64,000 nucleotides of DNA from contig OZ250155.1 in NCBI GenBank assembly GCA_965237775.1, positions 4,831,814-4,895,813 of the forward strand. The letters are read 5' to 3'. Source of the DNA: Dehalococcoidia bacterium. Lineage in GTDB: Bacteria > Chloroflexota > Dehalococcoidia > Lucifugimonadales > UBA3495. Within the stretch, counting starts at the first letter, position 1. Every line of letters starts with the position of its first letter. Made by a program: the position numbers and the translations under genes. Of the stretch, positions 45,695 to 55,514 are shown in pieces. The notes under the pieces were generated by a model. It was given only the letters and a program-made list of their open reading frames with translations. It made no database searches and had not been told where the DNA came from.

Positions 45695-46795
45695 CTACGG
45701 CACCAGCATGGCCCGCGTAATCGTTGTTTGGCGCTGGTCCCACTCAGCCTGGGGGAAGGCTTCGTTGATCTCGGCCAGCGGGAACTTGTGGGAAACGATT
45801 TTGTCGAAGGGCAGCTTATCCAGGTTGCGGACCAGGAAGCTGAGCAGGGTCGGCAACAGGTCGGGGCGGTACATCAATGATCCAACGATGTTCTTCCCCG
45901 GCAGCAACTTCGATGGGTCGATGGACACCTCACGGCCTCGGACGATGTCACCGATCTCCACGAATGTCCCCCCGTTGCTGAGCATGTCTATCCCCTCGGC
46001 CAAAAGCTCGGCCCGGCCCACCAGCTCCATAACCGTGTCCGCGCCGCGGCCGCCCGTGAGTTCCTTCACCCGCTGGACACGCATCTCAACCGTGTTGAAT
46101 TCCTCGATGTTAATCGTGTAGTCCGCTCCAAACTCCTCGGCCAGCTCCAGGCGGTTCTCTAAACGGTCCAGGACGATTACCCTGTCCGCGCCCATGTCCT
46201 TGGCCATGGCCGTGGCGTTCAGCCCCAAACCGCCCGCGCCCTGGATCACAACGTTGTGGCCTTCCTTGGCTCCGGCGCGCATCAACCCGGTGGTAACGGT
46301 GCCCATGGCGCAGTTGACCGGCCCCAGGATGTCATCTGGCAGCACGTCGGGCACGCGGAACAGCGGATGTCGCGGCGGCAGATAGAGATAGTCGGCGTAT
46401 GTGGCCCGGAAATACGGCCAGGTTCCGGCGCCCGCTCCGCCGCGGTTGACGCACCAGTTGGTATCGCCTTTCAAGCATAGGTGACAGTGATAGCAGGGAA
46501 AGACCGCCGAGTAAACTATGCGGTCGCCTTCCTCAATAGGCACGCCCAGAGTATCCGTGGAAACCCCCTCGCCCAGCCGCTCGACAACGCCCGTTCCCTC
46601 GTGGCCCATCAAGCGTCCCGTGGGAGGAAGCGGATTGTTGATCTGGTCGCCCCGCCATGTGTGGAGGTCAGACCCGCAGATGCCCGCCTGGGTCATGCGC
46701 AGGATTACGGCACCCGGTTCCGGGTCGGGAACTTCGTACTCTTCGATCTCAAATGGCTTCCCGTACTCTTTGAGAACTACCACTCGTCCCAGCAT
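45695..46795 (-). CDS. Zinc-dependent alcohol dehydrogenase family (MDR) oxidoreductase
   Basis: GICGSDLH, GHEGTGVVERLGEGV, structural-zinc Cys cluster CYHCHLCLKGDTNWC, GAGGLG. Start trimmed to ATG 46795 after AAGGAGGAG. Confidence 0.8.
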   Translation of the reverse strand: MLGRVVVLKEYGKPFEIEEYEVPDPEPGAVILRMTQAGICGSDLHTWRGDQINNPLPPTGRLMGHEGTGVVERLGEGVSTDTLGVPIEEGDRIVYSAVFPCYHCHLCLKGDTNWCVNRGGAGAGTWPYFRATYADYLYLPPRHPLFRVPDVLPDDILGPVNCAMGTVTTGLMRAGAKEGHNVVIQGAGGLGLNATAMAKDMGADRVIVLDRLENRLELAEEFGADYTINIEEFNTVEMRVQRVKELTGGRGADTVMELVGRAELLAEGIDMLSNGGTFVEIGDIVRGREVSIDPSKLLPGKNIVGSLMYRPDLLPTLLSFLVRNLDKLPFDKIVSHKFPLAEINEAFPQAEWDQRQTTITRAMLVP

Positions 46796-46912
46796 AACGA
46801 ATCTCCTCCTTGGGCGATGATGCACCCTTCAGCCAATTTGCGTAACGATACCACACCCTTAGCGCACAGGGTAATCAATCCACAAATATCCTCCTATGCG
46901 CCATGCCCAATC

Positions 46913-46941
46913 TTGGCAGATTACTCCGAACCGAGTATATT
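46913..46941 (+). promoter_or_regulatory. Promoter candidate for the VOC gene
   Basis: TTGGCA (46913-46918), 17 nt, TATATT (46936-46941). Confidence 0.4.
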
Positions 46942-47008
46942 GTTGGCAATATGGGCGAAGTCAGGCTGTCAGGCCGGTAATCGCCCGAACTTGTAGGAGG
47001 ATTAGACA

Positions 47009-47458
47009 ATGGTCCAACCGAAGCGAGTGGGACATCTGGTTATCAACGTCAAGGACCAAGACGCATCCACCAAGTTTTACACTGAAGTATTGGGCTTCGA
47101 TATCGCCGTAGAGCGGCCGGGGTTCGGCACGTTCCTAACATGCGGCAGGATTCACCACGACCTGGCCCTCTTCCAGGCCGCGCCCGACGCCGAGCCAATC
47201 AAGGAAGGCGCGCTGGGATTGAATCACATGGCCCTCCAGGTGGAAGACTTTGATATGCTCACCCAGTACTATCGCAAGCTGAACGGCATGGGCATGGAGA
47301 TGCGGACCACCGATCACAGCATGACCAGGAGCATTTACATTAAGGACCCGGACGGCAACGGCATCGAGCTCTTCTGCAACTCCTTCGCCACTGCCGAAGA
47401 AGGTCTGGATGAGATGCGGCGCCCAGGACGGAAGAACGCTGAGCTGGTATTCAGCTAG
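47009..47458 (+). CDS. VOC family protein (glyoxalase / extradiol dioxygenase fold)
   Basis: VGHLVINVKD...FYTEVLGF...HHDLALF...LNHMALQVED...IYIKDPDGNGIELF. Confidence 0.7.
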   Translation: MVQPKRVGHLVINVKDQDASTKFYTEVLGFDIAVERPGFGTFLTCGRIHHDLALFQAAPDAEPIKEGALGLNHMALQVEDFDMLTQYYRKLNGMGMEMRTTDHSMTRSIYIKDPDGNGIELFCNSFATAEEGLDEMRRPGRKNAELVFS

Positions 47459-47492
47459 ACCTCGCAAGACACGGTTAACAGGCATTCCTGAA

Positions 47493-47523
47493 GGGGACCG
47501 GCAGGGACCGGTCCCCTTTTTTT
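47493..47523 (+). terminator. Rho-independent terminator
   Basis: GGGGACCGG-CAGGGA-CCGGTCCCC followed by TTTTTTT. Confidence 0.85.
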
Positions 47524-47548
47524 GTGCTAATACCGGAGGGAGGCGGGC

Positions 47549-48310
47549 TTGATTCGCGCTCTGTTTTTGGACTTTGACGGGACTTTGATCAACCACACCG
47601 GAGGCATCTCCGCTAGAGTTCAACGAACGGTAGCCGAAGTCTCCAAAAAGATGTGGGTGTCCATTGCCACCGGGCGTGAACCCTCGCACGTTATCTACTA
47701 TGCCAGGCAATTGGGGCTTAGAACACAGCAGATCGGGGACGGCGGAGCTGTGATCCTGGGCCCCGAGACCCGCGAATTCCTCTGGTCCGCCTCTCTGCCC
47801 GCCCACGATGCCAGAGCCATTATCACGGAATTCGCCAGGACCGGCACGCAGTTTCACGCCACGTATCCGGGCGGCTCCGCCAGGCAGTTGACCGAACTTC
47901 CCCACTGGGACATCACACGGGTCTCGGCCCTGGGGCTGATTGAATCCGCAGCCGACGCCCTGGCGGCACGACTGGAGCTGTCGGGCATGGTCGAGACTAA
48001 CAAGTCATACCTACCGGACGAAGACCTCTGGGCAGTGGACATCACACCCCGCGGCGTCGACAAAGGGACAGCGGCCCGCCGTGTGGCAGGTATGCTGGAA
48101 GTAGAGGGACATGAAATCGCGGCGGTCGGAGACAGCTACAACGACATACCCCTGTTAGAATTTTGCGGGTTGGCGGTGGCGATGGGCAACGCGCCTCCGG
48201 CGGTAACCGCCGTGGCGAACCATACAGTCCCCACGGCGGACGAAGACGGGGTAGCCGTGGCCATCGAACGGCTAATACTGTCCGGCGCGCAACCCCTTGC
48301 CGACGATTAA
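47549..48310 (+). CDS. Cof-type HAD-IIB family hydrolase
   Basis: LFLDFDGTL, SIATGR, GDSYNDIPLL. TTG start. The stop shares TTAA with the convergent LLM gene. Confidence 0.75.
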   Translation: MIRALFLDFDGTLINHTGGISARVQRTVAEVSKKMWVSIATGREPSHVIYYARQLGLRTQQIGDGGAVILGPETREFLWSASLPAHDARAIITEFARTGTQFHATYPGGSARQLTELPHWDITRVSALGLIESAADALAARLELSGMVETNKSYLPDEDLWAVDITPRGVDKGTAARRVAGMLEVEGHEIAAVGDSYNDIPLLEFCGLAVAMGNAPPAVTAVANHTVPTADEDGVAVAIERLILSGAQPLADD

Positions 48311-49389
48311 CGCAGAGCCGGCGCGACCTCTCTAGCGAACAGCTCAACCGAATTCAGGACCCGTTCCTTGGGCACAAGCCCTCCCACGTTCATCTCGCAG
48401 ATGAACCCGGAAAGCTGCAACTCTTCCTGGATGGCCTTTAGTTGCTGAGAGACCGACTCCGGGCTTCCGTAGGCCAGCCTGTCCTTCAAAAGGTCCTGGT
48501 AGGTAGTTGCCGCCAACCGTTGGCCCCGTTCGGCCCTTTCTTCGTCTGGAGTGGCGCCGGAGACAGCCGCTGAAGCCGCAAAGTTCTGCGCCATGCGACG
48601 ATAGGAACGCATCGTGCTGGCTTCCGCCTCTTCCAGGGCAATCTGGTCGGACTCCGCCACGTAAACCGGAATACGCAGCAAGACGTCGCCTTTGCCCTCG
48701 TGACCCGAGTCGCTCCACGCCTGCTGATATTCTCCCAGCGCGTTTACCAGGTCAGGCCGGTCCATGCCACGCAAGCCCACGAAGATGTTGTGACCCTGCG
48801 CCCCAACCCTGGGGAAAGTCTCCTTGGTGGTGGCGGCAATGCGGACTGGAGGGTAAGGCTGCTGGTAGGGTTTGGGTAGCACGCAAACGTTGTCGAACGT
48901 GTAATACTTTCCCTGGTGAGAAAACCTCTCGTTGGACCAGGCGGCCAGGATCACGTCCAGGCACTCCTGGAACCGCTCCCGGCTCTCGCCGTACGGGATT
49001 CCATACCCTTCGTAAGACCGGGCAAATCCGCTGCGGCCCACACCAAAGTCGAACCGCCCCCTGCTGACCTGGTCGACGGTGGCAACCTCTTCGGCCATGC
49101 GTATGGGATGGTTCAGGGGCAGCACGTTGACCGCCACTCCAATCCGGAGGCGCTCGGTGCGGGCGGCGATTGCGCTGGCCCAAATCAGGGGCGCGGAAAC
49201 CACGGAAGGAATACCCGCCCCCTGGTCGTCCAGAGGGTTGCGGGGAGCGGCAAAGTGGCGTTCGGCCAGCCAAACGCCGTCCAAACCGCCGGTCTCGGCG
49301 GCGTCCACCAGGCCGAAAGCCTCTGCGAATGACTCCTCTTGCGTGGAGCCGTAGCGGTAGTCACATTCCATAATTAAGCCAAGATGCAT
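48307..49389 (-). CDS. Luciferase-like monooxygenase (LLM-class flavin/F420-dependent oxidoreductase)
   Basis: LDGVWLAERHF...LRIGVAVNVLPLNHP...GRFDFGVGRSG. Confidence 0.8.
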   Translation of the reverse strand: MHLGLIMECDYRYGSTQEESFAEAFGLVDAAETGGLDGVWLAERHFAAPRNPLDDQGAGIPSVVSAPLIWASAIAARTERLRIGVAVNVLPLNHPIRMAEEVATVDQVSRGRFDFGVGRSGFARSYEGYGIPYGESRERFQECLDVILAAWSNERFSHQGKYYTFDNVCVLPKPYQQPYPPVRIAATTKETFPRVGAQGHNIFVGLRGMDRPDLVNALGEYQQAWSDSGHEGKGDVLLRIPVYVAESDQIALEEAEASTMRSYRRMAQNFAASAAVSGATPDEERAERGQRLAATTYQDLLKDRLAYGSPESVSQQLKAIQEELQLSGFICEMNVGGLVPKERVLNSVELFAREVAPALR

Positions 49390-49428
49390 TGGTCCTCTCC
49401 CCTCCGGGCGCGAGACGCGGCCCGGACC

Positions 49429-50400
49429 TTAATTCCAAATAGCGGCGATACGGTACGCCAGTTGTGTATGGGACTCCCGGACGTCTACTATCTCCGCGGG
49501 AACGTCTCCGAGGATACCCAGGGCAATTACCCAATTGAGTATTTCGTGGTCACCCGACTGCTGGATCTCCTCCGGGGTAAGTTCGGCCAGCTTGCTGCCC
49601 TGGCCTATCCGCACCAACTCCAGGTTGCGCCGGTCGGTCTCGATGTCGATGGCACGGCATTGGAATTTATGGGTCAAGAAGCTGTGGGACCAACTGGAAG
49701 AGGCCACCACCGCGACCCGCTCATCCCTGGTGTCCAGGAACCGGCGAATGCCCCGGCCCAACTCGTAGCACCGCTTCGGGGTAGGGCGGGGAGGATAGTC
49801 GGGGCCAGCTTCCTCACCGTAGCAATTAACGAATAGGGGCAGCAGGGGGAACTTGCCGTCGGGGTCCAGGAACACCAGTGGGTTGATGATGGCGTGGGCT
49901 AATCCCCAATCCCAGCCCTTGAGGGAGCTGGAGGAGGCCATGTCAAAACCGCCGCGGATCAGGTGATTGCGCATGTCCCTGGAGAACTCTTTCGGGCAGT
50001 TGAAGGAAAACTTGGTCTCCGGGTCCGCGTTCCATAGGTTGGTGCGGGCCGCGCCGCGTTGGAACGGATACCCGTCCACTTCCGCGCCTGTGTAGAGGCA
50101 GAAAGGCGGCAGATTGTCTTGCAGGAAGTTCTCCGCCTGGTCGTCACCGATGACCATCAGGACATCCGGATTCCACTCGTGCAGCTTTTCACGGAGCACC
50201 CGGAAGGACTCGATCACCTTCTTCTGGTCGCTTATGTCCTGGCTCAGCCCGTTATCCTGGCTCAATTCTTCCAGCAATTGAGCGGGGGCTTCGTAGTCCG
50301 GTATTCTGGCGAATACTCGTTCCCGGCCCTTGGACCACACCTCGGGAGGAGTAAGTATGATCGGGCCGTGGGAGCAGCCCAGCCCCAATAGTTCAGCCAT
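49429..50400 (-). CDS. Class III extradiol ring-cleavage dioxygenase (LigB family)-like protein
   Basis: LGLGCSHGP N-terminus, VIGDDQAENF, SSSWSHSF pattern recalled from the LigB/gallate dioxygenase family. Confidence 0.55.
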   Translation of the reverse strand: MAELLGLGCSHGPIILTPPEVWSKGRERVFARIPDYEAPAQLLEELSQDNGLSQDISDQKKVIESFRVLREKLHEWNPDVLMVIGDDQAENFLQDNLPPFCLYTGAEVDGYPFQRGAARTNLWNADPETKFSFNCPKEFSRDMRNHLIRGGFDMASSSSLKGWDWGLAHAIINPLVFLDPDGKFPLLPLFVNCYGEEAGPDYPPRPTPKRCYELGRGIRRFLDTRDERVAVVASSSWSHSFLTHKFQCRAIDIETDRRNLELVRIGQGSKLAELTPEEIQQSGDHEILNWVIALGILGDVPAEIVDVRESHTQLAYRIAAIWN

Positions 50401-50612
50401 AGTGTCCTCCTACCGGCTCTATTCTCAAAGCCAGATTGCGCCTATTTGCTGGATTGTATGGGTAGCCAAACGGGCTGTCAATTGAAGCTGTTTTTCGTGC
50501 CTCCATGACGCTGTCGCCGCGCCGCGCTCCGCCATTGACGCATAGAAACGGCCCCCGTAAACTGGCCCTAGACTTGGCGTGCGGCCATAACCGACTGGAT
50601 TGACGAGAGGCC

Positions 50613-52241
50613 ATGACGAACGAAAGACTTTCGAGAGAATTAGTCTACGGAAACCGCGGAATGGTGTGCTCCAACTCTCCGCTGGCAGCCTCAGCGGGGA
50701 TTAAGACGCTTCAGGACGGCGGCAATGCCTTCGACGCCGCCCTCGCGGTGGCCGCGACCGAGGCCGTTACCATTATCCCCTCGTGTGGCATGGGCGGAGA
50801 CTCATTCATCGTTGTCTATGAAGCCGCCACAGGCCAGGTCACCGGGATAAATAGCAGCGGAGTCGCCGCCTCGGGGGCCACGCTAGACTATTACCACGGC
50901 AAGGGATTCAGCGAAATGCCCCTGGAAGGCCCTCACGCCGTCTCCGTGCCGGGCGAAGTCGCGGCATGGGAGCTGTTTCATCAGCGGTTTTGCACCAGGC
51001 CCTTCGGCCAGCTATTGGACACCGCCATCGGCTACGCCCACGAGGGATTCCCGCTGCCTCCGGGAATAGGGCGAGGCTTCAAGGGCAGCCTCAATAAGCT
51101 CGCCCAGTTCCCCTCCACCACTTCCGTGTATTTCCAGGATGGCCGTCCCCCCGCCGAGGGGGACATGCTGGCCAATCGTGACCTGGCGCGCAGCCTCAAC
51201 CGGGTAATCGAAGGAGGCGCGGATGAGTTCTACCGGGGCGGCCTGGCCAGGGAGATGGTCCAGGGGTTGAACGACGCGGGTGGAGTGTTCTCTCTCGACG
51301 ACTTCGCCGGACACCAAGCGGAAATCTACGATCCGATTGCCACCACCTACCGGGACCACACCGTGTACCAGACCCGTCCCCCTTCCCAGGGCCTGATAAC
51401 CCTTGAAATGCTAAACCTGATCGAAGGGTTTGACGTGGCCCCGATGGGCCATAACTCCGCCGACGCCATCCATCTGATGGTCGAAGCCAAGAAGATCGCC
51501 TACGACGACCGCAACCGCCTGGCGGGAGACCCAAAATTCATTGAATGGCCCCTTCACGAGCTTATATCCAAGGGCTACGCCGACGGTAAGCGCGGGGAGA
51601 TCGACCTGAGTCGCGCCTCGGCCATCGAACGCCAGCTACTCCCGGTGGACGGCGACGGTGACACGACCTATTTCTGTGTCGCCGACGGAGCGGGCAACTG
51701 CGTCTCCTGGATCCACAGCCTCTCCAACGGGTTCGGTTCAGGGTTTGTGGCGCCCGGCACCGGCGTGCTGTTCAACAACCGGGCGGGCAGGGGTTTCAGC
51801 CTGAGACCAGGTCATCCCAACGCCATCGCACCCGGCAAGCGCACCATGCACACCCTCAATTGCTACCTAACTACCAGGAACGGCCTGCCTGCGATAGTCG
51901 GCGGCACCCCCGGCGGCGACTATCAGCCCCAATGCGGAGTGCAAATCCTAACCAACCTGATCGACTTCGGCATAAACCCTCAGCAGGCAGTGGAAGCCCC
52001 TCGCTGGTGGAGCTTCCCCGGCACCGACCCCGCCACAATCGGGACTCCCATTGAACTACGGGTGGAGCCGGGAATGCCGGAAGAGGCTATCGCTGGTCTG
52101 GAAGCCCGGGGACACAAGGTCGCCCGGCGGCGTCCTGGAGTCTACGATGGCAAGGTCCAGCTCATCGTGTTGGACCAGGAACGGGGAGTGCTGATGGGAG
52201 CTTCCGACCCCCGCGGCGACGGCCAGGCCGCAGCGTGGTAG
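50613..52241 (+). CDS. ggt: Gamma-glutamyltransferase family protein
   Basis: GGNAFDAALA, autoprocessing and nucleophile region GDTTYFCVAD, C-terminal GGTPGGD and SDPRGDG. Confidence 0.8.
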   Translation: MTNERLSRELVYGNRGMVCSNSPLAASAGIKTLQDGGNAFDAALAVAATEAVTIIPSCGMGGDSFIVVYEAATGQVTGINSSGVAASGATLDYYHGKGFSEMPLEGPHAVSVPGEVAAWELFHQRFCTRPFGQLLDTAIGYAHEGFPLPPGIGRGFKGSLNKLAQFPSTTSVYFQDGRPPAEGDMLANRDLARSLNRVIEGGADEFYRGGLAREMVQGLNDAGGVFSLDDFAGHQAEIYDPIATTYRDHTVYQTRPPSQGLITLEMLNLIEGFDVAPMGHNSADAIHLMVEAKKIAYDDRNRLAGDPKFIEWPLHELISKGYADGKRGEIDLSRASAIERQLLPVDGDGDTTYFCVADGAGNCVSWIHSLSNGFGSGFVAPGTGVLFNNRAGRGFSLRPGHPNAIAPGKRTMHTLNCYLTTRNGLPAIVGGTPGGDYQPQCGVQILTNLIDFGINPQQAVEAPRWWSFPGTDPATIGTPIELRVEPGMPEEAIAGLEARGHKVARRRPGVYDGKVQLIVLDQERGVLMGASDPRGDGQAAAW

Positions 52242-52311
52242 ACGATCAACGATACAGCCGGATATTCCTGGATAGACCACCCGGACATCTGCGGACATCC
52301 TAGGAGGCCGT

Positions 52312-53169
52312 ATGGCAGGGCAACGCTTATTGGTATGCTTCGCCCACCCCGACGATGAGGCCTTTCCCGTTGGCGGCGCATTGGCGGCCCACGCCTCCCG
52401 GGGAGTCGAGGTGCGCCTGGTGACCGCTACATCCGGGGAAGAGGGGGAGATCAGGCAGGAGGGCGCGGCCACCCGGGAGACCCTGGGACAGATCCGCAGG
52501 ACCGAGCTTTCCTGCGCCGTCCGCGCCCTGGGACTCGCCGGGCACCGGGTCTTGCGCTACCGGGACTCGGGAATGGCCGGCACAGACGCCAACGCCGACC
52601 CGCTGGCGTACATCAATATCCCCTCGGAAGAGGTGGTGGAGCAACTGGTCGAGGAGATACGCCGGTTCCGCCCCCAGGTGGTGTTGACCTTCGGAAGGGA
52701 CGGTCTCTACGGTCATCCCGACCACATCGCCATCTGCCATCAAACGACCGAGGCTTTTCAACGGGCCGCCGATCCAGGGTGTTTTCCCGGCCAGTTGGCC
52801 GACGGTGTGACTCCGCACCAGGCAGACCGGCTGTTCTATAGCTGCCGCCCCCAAGGCTTCCGTATGGAGTGGGCCCAGGCGGTGCGGTCAGCCGGAGTTG
52901 ACTTCCCGCTTCCCTCGCCAGAAAGGGCCAACGAGGGCGTAGCCATCGAGGACATCCATCTGGAGATGCGCCTTGACGAACAACTGGAGACCAAGATGGC
53001 ATGTATCCTTTGCCACCGCACCCAGGTGGCGGCGGACTGGCCCTACCACCGCGTACCCAGGGAGGTCGCCATGACCGTCCTGGGCCGGGAATTCTACATC
53101 AGGGAATTTCCGGCGGTCCAGCCGGGGGAAGAGGTATCCCCCGACTTCTTCTACGGGCTTGCCACCTAG
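52312..53169 (+). CDS. PIG-L/LmbE family deacetylase
   Basis: LLVCFAHPDDEAF and GHPDHIA motifs. Confidence 0.75.
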   Translation: MAGQRLLVCFAHPDDEAFPVGGALAAHASRGVEVRLVTATSGEEGEIRQEGAATRETLGQIRRTELSCAVRALGLAGHRVLRYRDSGMAGTDANADPLAYINIPSEEVVEQLVEEIRRFRPQVVLTFGRDGLYGHPDHIAICHQTTEAFQRAADPGCFPGQLADGVTPHQADRLFYSCRPQGFRMEWAQAVRSAGVDFPLPSPERANEGVAIEDIHLEMRLDEQLETKMACILCHRTQVAADWPYHRVPREVAMTVLGREFYIREFPAVQPGEEVSPDFFYGLAT

Positions 53170-53202
53170 CCCGTCGTTCCGGACTTGCACCGGAACGACG
53201 GG
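53170..53202. terminator. Bidirectional hairpin terminator between convergent genes
   Basis: CCCGTCGTTCCGG-ACTTGCA-CCGGAACGACGGG, a perfect 13-bp stem. Confidence 0.65.
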
Positions 53203-53208
53203 GAAAAC

Positions 53209-54069
53209 TTACTTGAGGAATTCCTCGGTCCAGCTGTTGTAGTCGGCCTGCCGGGTAACCTGGTTCATTAGGTCCGGGGAGGCCAGTGTGTCACGCAGGT
53301 CGGCGGGTGATACACCCTCTCGCAGCGCCTTTAGCGTATCGTATACCGCCTTGACCGAAGCCTGGAAGGACAGGTGGCCCTGCAGGGCTACCCGCACTCC
53401 GTTGGCCGCCAGGAGATTCAGGTCCGCCAACTCTCCGCCGCCACCTCCGGCTATCAAGGGGATGTCGGTCTCGGCGTGGATTTGCTCCAGTTGGGCGCGA
53501 GTGCTAACTCCAGCCAGGAACATGGCGTCCACGCCAACCTCTGCATAGGCGTTGGTGCGGCGTATGGCTTCTTCCACTCCCACGATCTGCGCCGCGCTGG
53601 TGCGCCCGGCGATGACCAGGGACGGGTCCTGCCTGCCTGCCAAGGCCGCTTTCATCTTGCCCACGCCCTCTTCAATGGAAATCAGCGACGCACCGCTGCT
53701 GCCAAAGGGACGGGGGAGATCGGTATCCTCGATGGTAAGGGCCGATACTCCGGCGCTTTCCAGCTCTTCAACCGTCCGCTTAACGTTGAAGGCGTTGCCG
53801 TAACCATGGTCGGCATCCACCATCAAACTCAGGTTACCGGCGCGGCATATACGGTGGATCTGCTGGGCGAATTCGGTGAGAGTCAACACGATGATGTCGG
53901 GAGCGCCCAGCACCGTGAACGAGGCGATGGAACCCGCCAACATGCCGACTTCAAATCCCAGGTCCTCGGCCACTCGCGCCGATATGGGGTCAAACACCGA
54001 AGCCGGGTGGACGCACTTGTCCCCGGCCAGAATAGCCCGGTATCTCTCTCTTCGGTCGGTCAGGTTCAT
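53209..54069 (-). CDS. Isocitrate lyase / PEP mutase superfamily protein
   Basis: MVDADHGYGNAFNVKRTVEELESAGVSALTIED. Start trimmed to ATG 54069 after AAGAGGAG. Confidence 0.75.
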   Translation of the reverse strand: MNLTDRRERYRAILAGDKCVHPASVFDPISARVAEDLGFEVGMLAGSIASFTVLGAPDIIVLTLTEFAQQIHRICRAGNLSLMVDADHGYGNAFNVKRTVEELESAGVSALTIEDTDLPRPFGSSGASLISIEEGVGKMKAALAGRQDPSLVIAGRTSAAQIVGVEEAIRRTNAYAEVGVDAMFLAGVSTRAQLEQIHAETDIPLIAGGGGGELADLNLLAANGVRVALQGHLSFQASVKAVYDTLKALREGVSPADLRDTLASPDLMNQVTRQADYNSWTEEFLK

Positions 54070-54162
54070 ATCGCTCCTCTTATGCGATGATATACTGGCG
54101 GTCACAATCGGAAACGGCAGGCTTCAGGCCGTGGCCCATTCTATCATAAAGGGGATAGGCCA

Positions 54163-54606
54163 ATGGATACGGTAAGCAGGACTGCAGAAGCCCAAGAACA
54201 CCAGCCGCCCGAGGAGTGGATTATCCTGCCGGGAACCACCGTTGGAGGGGAAGTGGGGACCTTCTACGTCGATTTCGTCATCTGGAACCAGGGCAGGACT
54301 CAATCCCGTACTCTGAACGGGTTGGTTGACACAGGCGCGTCTTATACCCTGATTCCGGCGTCCATCCTGGAGGAATTGGGTATAGAACGAATTCGATCAC
54401 GTTTATTCAGCCTGGCTGATGGTTCAAAAAGGGAGCTATCCATTGGGCGGGCCAACTTGGAACTGGAAGGTCAATCCGACGACGTACACGTCATCTTTGG
54501 CCTTGACGGCAAAAAGGTATTGCTGGGTGCAATGGCGTTGGAGGCGTTTGCCTTAGCCGCCGACGCCAAAAATCGCCGCTTGATTCCCGCGGAACTAACT
54601 CTATAA
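54163..54606 (+). CDS. Retropepsin-like (clan AA) aspartic protease
   Basis: LVDTGASYTLIP (DTG active-site motif) and GLDGKKVLLGAMALE flap/C-terminal pattern. 147 aa. Confidence 0.65.
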   Translation: MDTVSRTAEAQEHQPPEEWIILPGTTVGGEVGTFYVDFVIWNQGRTQSRTLNGLVDTGASYTLIPASILEELGIERIRSRLFSLADGSKRELSIGRANLELEGQSDDVHVIFGLDGKKVLLGAMALEAFALAADAKNRRLIPAELTL

Positions 54607-54629
54607 CGCAAACTTGCGAGCTGAAAAGC

Positions 54630-55514
54630 ATGGTTAAGATAATCGGCGTAGACTTCAGCGGCGACAAACGCGACACCAATACTTGGATAACCGAGGGGCA
54701 GCTTCAAGGTGCCGAGTTGACAATCAGTGACTGCCGCTCCATCAAGCGAGCCGACCTGATAGGGAAATTAACGGTAGAGAGCTATGCAGTGGCGGCTATG
54801 GACTTCCCGTTTTCCGTTCCTATAGCCTTCGCGAGGTATTGGCAACCTGATTCAGGCGAAATGCCTGATCTGTGGAGCACCGCTACCAACATGAAGCTTT
54901 GTGACTTCAACGCCAAGTGTGAAAGCTATGCGGCGAAGATTGAGAAGGGCAAGAAACATCCACTACGCATAGGCGACCTTTACTCCATCAGGCCTTTGTC
55001 CTGCTTGAACACTCGAATAAGGCCAATGACCTTCTACGGGATGCAGATGTTGCACCGGCTTTGGGAGTCCGCATCCGGCTTCCGAGTTCCGCCGCTTGAT
55101 GACTCAGGACGCAACGGGCCAGCGTTGCTTGAAGTCATGCCGGGGGCAGCGATGGAGTCTTTCGGTCTCTTGTATGAGCCATACAAGGACAACGGGGATG
55201 CAAATGAGATTAAAGAAAACCGCAAGAAAATCTTGCGGGAATTGGCCTCTAGATCGAATGTAGGGATAGCCAATCTCGACGCCTTCAGGGGAATCTATCT
55301 CACAAGCCACGACGGCCTAGACTCCTTGGTTGCGGCGGTTGTGGCCGCTCGATGGGAGTTGGCTAAGAGCAAGTTCCATCACCCGACAGACACACGAAAA
55401 GATTGCAGCAAGTTGCCGGACCCCAACCGGTGTAACCGGGCATCTGAGGAAGCGTTGACTATGACTGAGGAGGAAGCAGCCAAACGCGAAGGCTGGATTT
55501 ACACGCCGCTGTAA
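54630..55514 (+). CDS. DUF429-like protein (predicted RNase H-fold)
   Basis: MVKIIGVDFSG...AAMDFPFSVP N-terminal pattern recalled for DUF429. Lower G+C than the flanks. Confidence 0.45.
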   Translation: MVKIIGVDFSGDKRDTNTWITEGQLQGAELTISDCRSIKRADLIGKLTVESYAVAAMDFPFSVPIAFARYWQPDSGEMPDLWSTATNMKLCDFNAKCESYAAKIEKGKKHPLRIGDLYSIRPLSCLNTRIRPMTFYGMQMLHRLWESASGFRVPPLDDSGRNGPALLEVMPGAAMESFGLLYEPYKDNGDANEIKENRKKILRELASRSNVGIANLDAFRGIYLTSHDGLDSLVAAVVAARWELAKSKFHHPTDTRKDCSKLPDPNRCNRASEEALTMTEEEAAKREGWIYTPL

